Positions 1-8,783 of a stretch of DNA of 64,000 bases are shown in pieces. Within the stretch, counting starts at the first letter, position 1, and each line of letters begins with the position of its first letter. The notes beneath the pieces were generated by a model. The model saw only the letters and a list, made by a program, of their open reading frames with translations, was not told the DNA's origin and made no database searches. Both the position numbers and the translations under genes were made by a program. The stretch lies in the IMG/VR virus record IMGVR_UViG_2895767234_000001, positions 7,555-71,554 of that record, one strand, 5' to 3'. Origin of the DNA: a virus (taxonomy: Duplodnaviria > Caudoviricetes).

Positions 1-2
1 TG

Positions 3-302
3 CATGATCTGGGCGAAGTGCCCCCTAACCAGCACGACCGTCTGCCCGACGATTTGCAGGAATTCGCGGCCGCAGAAACCCTGTTTCTGGAACCCGCTGA
101 GATGAACCCCGTCAGCGTCGAAGTGGAGCGCGCTGTGCAGGCCAGCGGCCTGACCGACAGCGAACTCGCCCGCCGGATGGGCACCAGTCCCGCCGCGGTC
201 GGCCGGATGCAGGATTACTTTTACTGGGGGCACAGCCTGGCCACCCTACGGAAACTGGCGGACGCCCTGGGCATCAAGCTGGAAATCAGCCTGGCCGCCT
301 GA
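3..302 (+). CDS. HicB-like antitoxin with C-terminal XRE HTH (5'-partial)
   Basis: Frame is open to the window edge (HDLGEVPP resembles the HicB L..GE.IP.P motif). C-terminal HTH: LTDSELARRMGTSPAAVGRM...SLATLRKLADALG. The partner toxin would lie outside the window. Confidence 0.6.
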   Translation, partial: HDLGEVPPNQHDRLPDDLQEFAAAETLFLEPAEMNPVSVEVERAVQASGLTDSELARRMGTSPAAVGRMQDYFYWGHSLATLRKLADALGIKLEISLAA

Positions 303-308
303 CTCAAC

Positions 309-348
309 AAAAAAAAGCCCCCGCCCAGCCGAAGCTGACGCGGGGGCT
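309..348 (-). terminator. Intrinsic terminator ending the leftward late operon
   Basis: GCCCCCGC/GCGGGGGC stem next to an A8 run (U-tract on the minus strand). Confidence 0.75.
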
Positions 349-382
349 GCCTGAATCGCCTGAGAAGTCCGATACCCGGCAC

Positions 383-422
383 AAAAAAAGCCCCACCCGC
401 CAGCCGGAGCCGGGGATGGGGC
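383..422 (-). terminator. Second tandem intrinsic terminator
   Basis: GCCCCA/TGGGGC stem next to an A7 run. Confidence 0.7.
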
Positions 423-435
423 AGGAGCCTGCTCG

Positions 436-618
436 CTACTTCCCGCCGCGCGGGTAGACCAGGCCGGCACTCGGCGCGGGTGGCAGATCCACCCCTCCCT
501 GGCCGACTTCCACCACCGTGGCCGCTGCAAACGGATTGACGCGAATACGGCGTTTGACATAACTGCTGCCCTGGAAAAACTCACTCCAGCTTTTAAATCC
601 CTCGGTCGGTGCGGGCAT
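436..618 (-). CDS. Small hypothetical protein (60 aa), last gene of the late operon
   Basis: ATG at 618 lies just after the stop of the upstream gene at 621. Confidence 0.55.
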   Translation of the reverse strand: MPAPTEGFKSWSEFFQGSSYVKRRIRVNPFAAATVVEVGQGGVDLPPAPSAGLVYPRGGK

Positions 619-620
619 GG

Positions 621-1538
621 TCAGTCCTTGGCGATGCACACGCGGTACTGCGCGGCGTCACTCAAGAAGGTGCTGGACAGGCTTGTGGCAGGCAGATACG
701 CGTGATTCGATCCGTCCACGAACCGCGTGACATCCACATTCGGGGGCGCATCGTTCGGCGCGACCAGCATGAACAGGCGCGGAAAACCCGCCATACCGCC
801 TGAAACGCTGAATGGGCCTGCTGGAATGCCCGTCGCACCGTCCATGCGGTTCAGGGTGCTCGGCACAGCATTGGCCCCCGTTTTCATAACTACCCAGTTG
901 GCGGCGTCAATTTCCCCGCCCTGCGCCAGTCGGGTGCGCGTTGAACCGGATGACCAACCGTTAGAACTTGCGCCGAAAGCGACCCCGGAAGCGTTGCTGG
1001 AGCATAAAAATGCCGTCAGATCATCCAGAATCGTGTCATCCAACCGGCGTCTGCGCTCTATCGCCCCCAGATACCCCACTGCGCCTGCTGCGCCGGGTAA
1101 GGCCACGAGCAGACCGTGCTCATAGGCGGCGACGTACCATTCGGTCGATGAGGTGTTGTTGCCGCCACTGTTGTTTCCTGATCCAGCCTCAATGGTCGAA
1201 CCTGGACTGCTGAGCACACCTCCCGCCGTTGCGTCCGTCCCGAGCCGGAATTGAACTTTTTGCAGCGTGGCAGAGGTGGCCCACATTGGTTTGATCTCGA
1301 CACACCAGCGCGTGGCGAAGCCTGACATGGCCGGCATCCGGTAAATCACGAGGCCCGCCGCAGCGCCCGTTGTCGGGGCCTTGCTCCAGGCCGGGTTCGC
1401 AGCCGTCCCCGTCCCGATGGCATCCGCGTCGGCGTACACCAGTTCCCACCCAGCCAGGATCAGCACCGTGTGCAGGGTAGTGTAGATGTTTTGCACGGTG
1501 CTGGGCTGCCCGTTCGCGTTTCTGAAATTCACGGCCAT
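621..1538 (-). CDS. Putative virion/tail-fibre-associated beta-rich protein (305 aa)
   Basis: Start re-called at MAVNFRNANG: GGAGG RBS and TAATG overlap with the upstream gene. Gly/Ser/Thr-rich. Confidence 0.6.
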   Translation of the reverse strand: MAVNFRNANGQPSTVQNIYTTLHTVLILAGWELVYADADAIGTGTAANPAWSKAPTTGAAAGLVIYRMPAMSGFATRWCVEIKPMWATSATLQKVQFRLGTDATAGGVLSSPGSTIEAGSGNNSGGNNTSSTEWYVAAYEHGLLVALPGAAGAVGYLGAIERRRRLDDTILDDLTAFLCSSNASGVAFGASSNGWSSGSTRTRLAQGGEIDAANWVVMKTGANAVPSTLNRMDGATGIPAGPFSVSGGMAGFPRLFMLVAPNDAPPNVDVTRFVDGSNHAYLPATSLSSTFLSDAAQYRVCIAKD

Positions 1539-1963
1539 TATCGATCCTCCACTTTGATGGTCATGGTCACGTCCTGTGTGCTCCCGCTGCGGTTGACCAC
1601 CGTGCCGTACACGGTGGTCACATTTACGGCTCTCGCCACTCCCGCCACGCTCAGCACCACGGCGCTGGTGCGCCACTGCCCGATCACCGGCACGTTTGGC
1701 GCGGTGTCCGGCGCACCTTGCAGGCGGCTCAGGTCGGCGGTACGGTCGGCATCGGTCAGATACAGGCACACGTCCACCGCATGCGAGGCGGTGACCTTCA
1801 GCACCTCAGCGGGCGCGTGCGAGTTGGCGAGCTGAAACGATCCGGCCTGGTTGTTCGCCAGGCCGTTCAGGGTCGCGGAGAGGTCGCGGGTGGCGGGCAG
1901 CCTGGCCTTGATGACCTGGGCCGCCCGCTCAAACCCTTCTTTGATTCGAGTTTCAAGGCTCAT
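1538..1963 (-). CDS. Putative tail-fibre accessory protein (141 aa)
   Basis: Coupled operon; N-terminus MSLETR matches MSLETK of the upstream gene. Confidence 0.55.
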   Translation of the reverse strand: MSLETRIKEGFERAAQVIKARLPATRDLSATLNGLANNQAGSFQLANSHAPAEVLKVTASHAVDVCLYLTDADRTADLSRLQGAPDTAPNVPVIGQWRTSAVVLSVAGVARAVNVTTVYGTVVNRSGSTQDVTMTIKVEDR

Positions 1964-1973
1964 GTTTCGAGCC

Positions 1974-2465
1974 TCAGATCAGCGCGGCGTCGAAATCTGC
2001 CGCGAAATTCCGATCTACGTTGCCGATCTCGGCCTTGCTGTACACGTCGAGGTTGTCCCGCCCCTGTTGGCGTTGCCCCACCGTCAGGGCTTGCGGGGCG
2101 TCCACACGCAGGCGGTTGTCCAGGCCGGTGACGAGCGCGGCGATGTCGCTGTCATCGGCAGCCAGCGCGTCCGCGAGTTCCTTCAGCGTATCCAGCGCGG
2201 TAGGCGCACCGTTTACCAGGGCAGTGATGGCCGCGCTGATCTGGGCCTCGATCTTCTGGCTGGAGTAGGTGCTGCCGGCGCTGGGCGCGGCGTCGTTGAT
2301 GCCACTGGCGTTGCCCACAGCGGCTTTCAGTTCGTTCAGGGCGGCCACGAGGCTGCTCTTGTCGGCGGTTTGCAGGTTGGCTTTGTCGCCGGTGACGCCG
2401 TACACCTTCTTGAATTCGGTACCCAGACGGGTGATCAGGTCGCGCATTTTCGTTTCGAGGCTCAT
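1974..2465 (-). CDS. Phage tail-fibre-related protein (163 aa)
   Basis: LVNGAPTALDTLKELADAL motif, common in phage fibre proteins. Confidence 0.7.
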   Translation of the reverse strand: MSLETKMRDLITRLGTEFKKVYGVTGDKANLQTADKSSLVAALNELKAAVGNASGINDAAPSAGSTYSSQKIEAQISAAITALVNGAPTALDTLKELADALAADDSDIAALVTGLDNRLRVDAPQALTVGQRQQGRDNLDVYSKAEIGNVDRNFAADFDAALI

Positions 2466-2475
2466 GGGGTCTCCG

Positions 2476-2727
2476 TTAGGTCAACTGGTTCTCGAACCAG
2501 AGGGCGAGGTCGGTGTCAATGTCTTCGGCCTTGCGGTCTTGCAGGTCATGCAGGCGCGTCAGCACCGTGCCCGCCGGGTAATCCCCACGGGCGGGCAGCG
2601 TTTCCTGGCTGGCACTCTGCCCGCGCAGCACGTTCAGCAGCACGGTGCCTTCCAGCGGTGGCTTCTCCACCACCTCCAGCGAGATCGGGCCGGAGGTGTC
2701 CAGCAGCGTGACTTTCAGTTCAGGCAT
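2476..2727 (-). CDS. Hypothetical virion protein (83 aa)
   Basis: Overlap-coupled ORF within the fibre cluster. Confidence 0.55.
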   Translation of the reverse strand: MPELKVTLLDTSGPISLEVVEKPPLEGTVLLNVLRGQSASQETLPARGDYPAGTVLTRLHDLQDRKAEDIDTDLALWFENQLT

Positions 2728-3070
2728 GGCGGGTCACGTCTTCCTGCACCTGGATTTTCAGCGTGGGGGTGCTGACGCGCAGACCGCCCCAGGTCAACTC
2801 CAGGTCGAGTTTCAGCGTGCCCAGCGGCCAGGTCTGGGTGTCGGTGTAGGGCTTGCTGGCAATCACCAGCGCCTCGCTGGCGCTCACAGGCCGCACGTCC
2901 ACGTCGAGGTCGGTCAGCAGTTCGTCCGAGCTGGCCCGGCGGGCCTGGGCCGCCGCTGTCAGGCCCGTCAGGCTGTCGCCATCCAGCAGGCGCACCTGGA
3001 ACACCAGCTCAAACGAATCGCCGCGCTTGAAGGTCAGGGTTTTGGGGGTCAGGGTCACGGCCAACCTCAC
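2720..3070 (-). CDS. BppU-N-like baseplate/fibre anchor domain protein (116 aa)
   Basis: TLTFKRGDSFELVFQV...LELTW pattern typical of BppU_N-like Ig folds. Confidence 0.55.
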   Translation of the reverse strand: MRLAVTLTPKTLTFKRGDSFELVFQVRLLDGDSLTGLTAAAQARRASSDELLTDLDVDVRPVSASEALVIASKPYTDTQTWPLGTLKLDLELTWGGLRVSTPTLKIQVQEDVTRHA

Positions 3071-3426
3071 TGACCGTCCGTGGCAAGGGAATACGTCTTG
3101 CCATCAGCCCGCTGGTAGCTGGCCTCCACCACCAGCACGCCCCGCGCGGGCAGGGTGTAGATGCTGCCCGCCGGCACACGGCCCACCGTGCACACCAGCT
3201 GCGCGGCTTTCGGCTGGCAGGACGGGTCGTTCACCGCCAGGTTGATGCCACTGAGCGTGATGACGCCGTTCAGCGCGTCGGCCTTCCCGGACGCGAAACT
3301 GACGATCTGATGGCCGCTTGACTGTCTCAGCGCGACACTGGCGGCCCAGGGGTCACGCTGCTCGACCGTCGCCGGCGCACAGCCCACCAGCAGCAGGCCC
3401 GTCAGCAGCAGCGAGGCCCGCTTCAT
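3067..3426 (-). CDS. Lipoprotein in the lysis cassette (o-spanin-like candidate, 119 aa)
   Basis: Start re-called at MKRASLLLTGLLLVGC (lipobox LVG/C); ATGA overlap with the upstream gene. Confidence 0.65.
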   Translation of the reverse strand: MKRASLLLTGLLLVGCAPATVEQRDPWAASVALRQSSGHQIVSFASGKADALNGVITLSGINLAVNDPSCQPKAAQLVCTVGRVPAGSIYTLPARGVLVVEASYQRADGKTYSLATDGQ

Positions 3427-3758
3427 TGCAGGCCGCCTTTGGGCAGGGTAGGGTCGTTGTTCACGGGTTCGCGCACCACGCCGTTCACCACGTCGCCCAG
3501 TTGTGCCCAGGCCCAGTCGAGGTAGTGCTCGGCCTGCTCGGTGAACCACCTGTCGTCGATGTCGGTGGCGTTCAGGCCAGGGACGTGTGCGGTGCTTTTG
3601 GCGTACTGCTCTTTCATGTACGCCAGGGCGGCCGCCCGCTTATTCCCGAACACCTGATCCTTGTTCTCGGCCAGCCACGCCAGGGCACGGCGCTCGATCT
3701 CAGGAATGGCTTTCAGGGCCAGCAACTTCAACTGGAGTTTGATCATCGTCATGTTCAT
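3423..3758 (-). CDS. Lysis-cassette protein (111 aa; holin/spanin-like candidate)
   Basis: Start MNMTMIKLQL; lies downstream of the endolysin and is coupled to the lipoprotein. Confidence 0.5.
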   Translation of the reverse strand: MNMTMIKLQLKLLALKAIPEIERRALAWLAENKDQVFGNKRAAALAYMKEQYAKSTAHVPGLNATDIDDRWFTEQAEHYLDWAWAQLGDVVNGVVREPVNNDPTLPKGGLQ

Positions 3759-3880
3759 GAGGAGTCCTGGTCGATGACGAACCCCCGGCTGACCGGGCCG
3801 GGGGCGGGAGGGGCGGATTGAGAGCGCAACAAAAGAACCCGCCTGGATCCGCTGGCGAGCCATGCCATTGCGCGGTGGGC

Positions 3881-4720
3881 CTAACTGGGAATATTCACGG
3901 CGCGCTCGAGCACCAGGTCGCCGCTCTGCCGGACGAACACCCGCAGGCCGGGCGAATAGTTGAACGGCCCGCCCGGCTGCGGGTAGGCCAGGCGCAGGGT
4001 CGCCACCAGGGCGTCATCCAGAAGGTGGCCGCTGTACCTGGCCGGTTCACCGTCCCACGGGGCCGGCTCGCCACCCCCCAGCGGCACGAGCAGCACCCTG
4101 GGCTCATAGGCGTCCTGCACCCGGGGCAGTACCCGGGCGTAGTGGCTGAGCATCAAGTCACAGTGCAGCATCTTCGGGCCGTTCACGGCCCGGCGTGTCC
4201 CCCGGATATCCCCCCTGCAGGCCAGCTGGTGGGCGCTGCTCAGGCGAGTCCAGTAGGCGGCCGCGGCCAGCGCGGCCGGGCCGTACTGCTCCAGCAGTTC
4301 CGGGTGGCCTTCGAGATCCAGGCCGATCAGTTTCCCGGTGTTCCGGTAGCCACTTCGGCCCGTGGTCTGAATGAACCCGCCACCCCGGTACCGCCAGCCG
4401 TCGCCGCTCGCCACGTTGCCGTTGCCGAGTTTCCCGGCGTAGACGATGTTCGCCATGCCCTGCGGGTTGCGCAGGAATTCACTGTTGCTGCGCCCTTTCA
4501 GTGCCCTGAAAATGCCGCGCGCCCGGTCGGCGTCGGTGTAGTACATGTTCTCGCGCACCGGCACCAGGTTGGACTCGGTCATCAGGTTCGCCAGCCAGGC
4601 AGCCACGCTGCGGGGGTCGGTGATGCCAAATTTGACCGCCGCCTGCTGGAGGGCAGTGGCGGCGGCTTGTGGATTCGGGTGGCGCGGGCTCAGCGCCCGG
4701 ATGAGTTCAGGGGTGATCAT
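3881..4720 (-). CDS. Endolysin, glycoside hydrolase family 19, with a C-terminal extra domain
   Basis: Start MITPELIRAL. Motifs AAWLANLMTES, VRENMYY, GNGNVASGDGWRYRGGGFIQTTGRSGY, TRRAVNG are typical of GH19 phage lysins. Confidence 0.9.
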   Translation of the reverse strand: MITPELIRALSPRHPNPQAAATALQQAAVKFGITDPRSVAAWLANLMTESNLVPVRENMYYTDADRARGIFRALKGRSNSEFLRNPQGMANIVYAGKLGNGNVASGDGWRYRGGGFIQTTGRSGYRNTGKLIGLDLEGHPELLEQYGPAALAAAAYWTRLSSAHQLACRGDIRGTRRAVNGPKMLHCDLMLSHYARVLPRVQDAYEPRVLLVPLGGGEPAPWDGEPARYSGHLLDDALVATLRLAYPQPGGPFNYSPGLRVFVRQSGDLVLERAVNIPS

Positions 4721-5348
4721 GCGTGTCTTCCTTTCCCAGCAGCCCCAGGCTGGCCAGGCGCGCCTCGGCTTTCCGGGCGCGAATCTCGAATTCCTTGGAC
4801 TGTTCGCCCACACGCTTCAGGTCGTCCTGCTGCTCGGCAATGACCTGATCCTGCGCCAGCCTGATCTGCTCGGACTCGTGCAGGCTGCGCGCCAGCTTGA
4901 CCTCGCGCCGCGTGGCCGCCATCAACCGCCAGGTCAGCCCGAGCAGGCCCAGGTTCATGGCCGCGTAGGAGAAGGTCAGCGGCGTGTCGGAGAAGTGGCC
5001 CCGTGCCAGGTTCAGGGCGATGCCCACCCCCACCAGAAACCACCCCAGGCGCTGCCCGGGCGTGAAGTCCTCCCAGCGTTTCCAGAAGGCCTGGCCGATC
5101 TGCACCACGATGAAGGCCCGCAGGCCCTCGTGCAGGATGGGTGGCCCCCATTCCCAGTCGCCCAGGTCGGCCAGCAGGGCGCTGTAGCCGTAACCCCAGA
5201 CGATCAGCAGGTACAGGCTCAGGATGGTCAGGGGCCGGACGAACCGGCCCGACAGGCTGGCATACGAGCACTTACGCACGGCCCTCACCCCCCGTCTGGT
5301 CGGCTGTTTCGGTGTCCCCCGTGGGGGTTGCCGTGCCGGATTCAGCAT
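4707..5348 (-). CDS. Multi-pass membrane protein with C-terminal coiled coil (holin/antiholin or i-spanin candidate)
   Basis: About 4 hydrophobic segments plus a charged heptad tail; immediately upstream of the endolysin. Confidence 0.6.
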   Translation of the reverse strand: MLNPARQPPRGTPKQPTRRGVRAVRKCSYASLSGRFVRPLTILSLYLLIVWGYGYSALLADLGDWEWGPPILHEGLRAFIVVQIGQAFWKRWEDFTPGQRLGWFLVGVGIALNLARGHFSDTPLTFSYAAMNLGLLGLTWRLMAATRREVKLARSLHESEQIRLAQDQVIAEQQDDLKRVGEQSKEFEIRARKAEARLASLGLLGKEDTHDHP

Positions 5349-5781
5349 CCGTTCCTCCTTTGGTCTTGGGATCGAAACTGACCTTCATGCCCTTGAGCTT
5401 GGCGGCCACCTCGCCGATGGCCAGCAGACCGTTCCACAGCGCCTTGAGGGCGTCACGGCCGATGTAGGCCCCCAGGATGCTCAGGCCCACACTGGCCCGC
5501 CAGTCCGCCCGCGACTGCGAGTAATGCTCGAAGATCCAGGTGATGATCAGCGGCACGGCGATGCCAGCCATCAGGCCCATCCCCACGTCGCCCACGAAGT
5601 GCAGCAGCACGAATTTCTCCCCCTCGCGCTGCTTGCTGGCCTCGTTGCTGAAGCTGGTGAGCAGGGCAGCCACCGCCACGAACAGCAGCGACCACAAATC
5701 CGAGTGACTGAGGGGAAAGCCCCCTCGGGCCTCGTGCGCGGTCATGGTGACCGCGGCCAGGATGATGAAGGTCTTGGTCAT
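5272..5781 (-). CDS. Putative holin (169 aa)
   Basis: Start MTKTFIILAA (ATGA overlap); 3-4 transmembrane segments and a charged C-tail. Confidence 0.65.
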   Translation of the reverse strand: MTKTFIILAAVTMTAHEARGGFPLSHSDLWSLLFVAVAALLTSFSNEASKQREGEKFVLLHFVGDVGMGLMAGIAVPLIITWIFEHYSQSRADWRASVGLSILGAYIGRDALKALWNGLLAIGEVAAKLKGMKVSFDPKTKGGTDAESGTATPTGDTETADQTGGEGRA

Positions 5782-6116
5782 GGGTGGGCCTCGATCTGCC
5801 GCGTCCAGCGCAGGGCCTTGTCGCGCGCCTCGACCCACCAGTCCCGGGGCACGCGGCGGGTCAGGTACTCGCCGCGTGCGAGTGGGAAATAGCCGGGGGG
5901 CGCGTCCGGCTGGGTGCCGGTCTGGGAGCGGAAGCGCACGTAGGCCCGCCCGTTGACGGGGCAGTCGGCGTCCGCCTGGACGCGCACGAGACGTCCGGGC
6001 AGGAAGCGCTGGGTGGTGGACGTGACGTCCACCGTGCACGTGGGGGTGAAGCTGGCCGCAGTGAGCGCCAGCGGAGCGAGGGAGAGCGTCAACAGGATCA
6101 GGAATCCTCGGCGCAC
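5778..6116 (-). CDS. Secreted protein with signal peptide (112 aa)
   Basis: MRRGFLILLTLSLAPLALTAA signal; two Cys; GGAGG RBS. Confidence 0.65.
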   Translation of the reverse strand: MRRGFLILLTLSLAPLALTAASFTPTCTVDVTSTTQRFLPGRLVRVQADADCPVNGRAYVRFRSQTGTQPDAPPGYFPLARGEYLTRRVPRDWWVEARDKALRWTRQIEAHP

Positions 6117-6140
6117 ATTGCATCCTCCTTCCCGGGCATG

Positions 6141-6171
6141 AAAAGCCCCACCGCGCCGGGAACGGTGGGGA
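6141..6171 (-). terminator. Intrinsic terminator between tail and lysis genes
   Basis: CCCCACCG/CGGTGGGG stem plus A4. Confidence 0.6.
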
Positions 6172-6194
6172 TGAGGGTTTGTCTCTTTGGGGAT

Positions 6195-7121
6195 TTACTG
6201 GGGGAGGCCAGCGGTCAGCGGCAGGTAGTAGTGCTGCGTCGGTTGCCCGCCCTGCCATGTCGGTTGCCACGCAATCCGCCAGAGGTGCAGGTAGGGCGTC
6301 CCGCTGGCGGGCCACACGATCTCGAAGCCCTCCTTGCGGTGGGCGTTGAGGTTGTTCTCCGGTGCGTTGAGGGCCGAGGGCACCGGAACGATCGGCATGT
6401 TGGCGCCGTCGAGAATCCCGAACGCCTTCTGCTCGGTCGGCCGGGCGGTCATCAGCCACATGGCTTCGCCGATGACCCGGTTCTCGGTCACGACGCCGTT
6501 CACGCTCACGATGCCCGTGATGCCGGACATGGCCGCCTGCGTCTGCGTCCGCACCGGAAACGCCGTGTTCGGGTTGGTGTAGATCCGCAGTTCGCCGGCG
6601 TACGGCCGGACGAAGCCCTCGTAGTCAACGCTGGGAAAGGGCGGCAGCGCCAGCGAGATGCCCCGAATGCCGGTGTTCACCCCGTTAAAGACGCCCGGCG
6701 TCACCGTCGGCGTCACGGCGAAGGCCGCGTCGCCGCTGCCGTTCGCCCGCGTCCGGAGCGTGACCTGTCCCTCGGAGTAGAGGTCACTGGAGAAGTCGGC
6801 CTGGGTCAAGTTCTCGACGCTGGCGCCGTGCAGTTCCACGTGCCGCACGCTCGTCCCGATGCCGTTCCAGCGGAAGCCGAAGTAACTCAGTCCCGTCGTC
6901 ATGGCGGGTTCCTCCGCCTCGTCGGCCCGAACCCAGATGAGGTTGGTGTCGTTCAACCCGAGGTTGACCGGGCCGGTGCGAACCTCCTCCAGCGCCGTGA
7001 TCTTGCTTTCGGCCGTGTCTACGCGAGACTCGACCTGTCCGAGGGCGACGACCTGTTCTTCCACTGCGCCCACGCGGGCCTTGACCTGCTCGTACTGTTC
7101 CATGCTGGGCCAGTTGGCCAT
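6195..7121 (-). CDS. Putative receptor-binding/tail fibre protein B
   Basis: N-terminal MANWPSMEQY plus a short coiled coil, then a beta-rich head; follows the collagen-like fibre gene. Confidence 0.65.
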   Translation of the reverse strand: MANWPSMEQYEQVKARVGAVEEQVVALGQVESRVDTAESKITALEEVRTGPVNLGLNDTNLIWVRADEAEEPAMTTGLSYFGFRWNGIGTSVRHVELHGASVENLTQADFSSDLYSEGQVTLRTRANGSGDAAFAVTPTVTPGVFNGVNTGIRGISLALPPFPSVDYEGFVRPYAGELRIYTNPNTAFPVRTQTQAAMSGITGIVSVNGVVTENRVIGEAMWLMTARPTEQKAFGILDGANMPIVPVPSALNAPENNLNAHRKEGFEIVWPASGTPYLHLWRIAWQPTWQGGQPTQHYYLPLTAGLPQ

Positions 7122-7123
7122 CT

Positions 7124-8044
7124 TCAAACCTCCGAGAGTGAGCCGTCACTGTTGACGGTGGTGAGGGTGTCCGGGGCGCTCAGCGACCCATCCGGTTCGG
7201 GGGTGATGCGCGGGTCTGGGCTGCTCAGCGACCCGTCCGGTTCGGTGTTCACGACCAATCCGGTCGGGGTCGAGGCCTGGACGCTCCCCGGTTGCCATTT
7301 CTGCGCGGCGCGGCTCCAGACGAGCGCCTGACCATTCGTCGGTGCCGTGCCCAGGTCGACGTCAGCCAGGTCAGTCAATCTGGGTTGCCGCCACTCCGGG
7401 CCAGCCGTTCCGAAATACAGCCAGCGGCCCGTGCTGCCCCCACGCGGGACACCCAGGCCGTCCGCGCCGCGCGGCCCCGCACCACCCGTGCCCCCCCGGA
7501 TGTTGCCCACCAGCGCCCAGTCAGGGGCACGGTGGTACACGTCCCAGGTGGTGGTGTCGAGGTACGTGTCCCCACGGCGTCCAGCGCCGGGCGCAGGTGC
7601 CCCCGATCCCAACAGCAGGCCGGCGCCCGGTTCGCCGGGCGGCCCCTGGCCGGGCAGCACCTCGACGGGCGTCGGCGAACCGCCCCCGCCGTTCCAGGCG
7701 GGCTGCTGCGAATCGGGGAGGGTGAAGTCCCAGTACCCGGGCAGGCTGGTGTTGGGCAGGATGCGCCGCTCCAGCACGCGGCCGAAGGGTGGTAAACCAG
7801 GCCGCTCGACCGTGTAGGCCACCCGCACCCGCGCCGAAGGGTCGCCGGGCTGCCCCGGCCCCCACACCCAGGCCGGGCCGCCGTCCGGCTGACTCGTCCA
7901 CTCCTGACCAGGCCGCTTCTCGAACAGCAGCACCGGGGGCGGGGCGTGGCCGTCCGGGTCGCGGTAGTCGTTGAGGTAGGTCACGCTGGCCTTCAAGGTC
8001 GCGTCCTCGGTGCCGGCCACGTTCCCCACAAGTTGATACTTCAC
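7124..8044 (-). CDS. Collagen-like tail fibre/adaptor protein (306 aa)
   Basis: GTG start with GGAGG RBS and GTGA overlap. GXY repeats, a GDTYLDTTTWDVY...GNIRG fibre motif and three (E/S)PDGSLS-type repeats at the C-terminus. Confidence 0.75.
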   Translation of the reverse strand: MKYQLVGNVAGTEDATLKASVTYLNDYRDPDGHAPPPVLLFEKRPGQEWTSQPDGGPAWVWGPGQPGDPSARVRVAYTVERPGLPPFGRVLERRILPNTSLPGYWDFTLPDSQQPAWNGGGGSPTPVEVLPGQGPPGEPGAGLLLGSGAPAPGAGRRGDTYLDTTTWDVYHRAPDWALVGNIRGGTGGAGPRGADGLGVPRGGSTGRWLYFGTAGPEWRQPRLTDLADVDLGTAPTNGQALVWSRAAQKWQPGSVQASTPTGLVVNTEPDGSLSSPDPRITPEPDGSLSAPDTLTTVNSDGSLSEV

Positions 8045-8469
8045 TTCGATTCCTCCCCGTTCGGCCCGTACCAGACGCGCCTTTCTTGCACCAGCACGAT
8101 GCGAACGCTGCCCTTCCTGGCGTTCGCCCCCGGCTTGAACTCCAGGTCGCTGCCTTCCAGCAGTGGGGTCACCCAGCCGTCGCCCGGCCGTTGTAGCCAC
8201 ACCAGTTGTCTGACCCAGAGTTGCAACTGGTGCGCCTGGTGCAGCACCGCCGCCAGCGTCACGCCACGCAGCTCGCCTTCGAGCACCAGTGGCACCGCGT
8301 CGCGCAGGTAATCGTCTGTCCTGACCTGTTCGTCGCTCAGGGTAAAGCCGTGGACGTTCGGGTGCAGGCCGCCGAGCCAATGCGACGGAACAAGGGAACA
8401 CGGCAGCGGTACCGGGTAGCCGTCTGCCGTGATGCCGATCCAGCCAGATTCCACATTCAACTCAACCAC
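8041..8469 (-). CDS. Putative distal-tail-like protein (142 aa)
   Basis: Start re-called at GTG 8469 with AAGGA RBS; tail operon context. Confidence 0.5.
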   Translation of the reverse strand: MVELNVESGWIGITADGYPVPLPCSLVPSHWLGGLHPNVHGFTLSDEQVRTDDYLRDAVPLVLEGELRGVTLAAVLHQAHQLQLWVRQLVWLQRPGDGWVTPLLEGSDLEFKPGANARKGSVRIVLVQERRVWYGPNGEESK

Positions 8470-8746
8470 CGTCCTTAAACGGGAGAATGCCGATGCTGAC
8501 GTTGGTGCTAATGTCGCCCGGCGACAGGACGAATTCCACGTTTGCCACGCTGGGGTTGCCGGTGCCGCCGTCCGGTACCATCGCGGGCGTGATGAGCAGG
8601 CCGTCAATGCTGGCCTGGGCGTTCGGCCCCGCGGTCGTGGGGTAATCAAGTGCGGCGGGGCGCGGGGGTGGAACGAGGGTCTTGACCCCGAACTGGGGTG
8701 GGTACGCCCAGAGGGTGACCGTGGCGAGTGCAGCCTGTCCTGACAT
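8462..8746 (-). CDS. Small tail protein (94 aa)
   Basis: GGAGG RBS; operon-coupled. Confidence 0.55.
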   Translation of the reverse strand: MSGQAALATVTLWAYPPQFGVKTLVPPPRPAALDYPTTAGPNAQASIDGLLITPAMVPDGGTGNPSVANVEFVLSPGDISTNVSIGILPFKDGG

Positions 8747-8783
8747 TGATCCTCCTATGCTTTGTGTGCCTCTTTGCCGGGAA

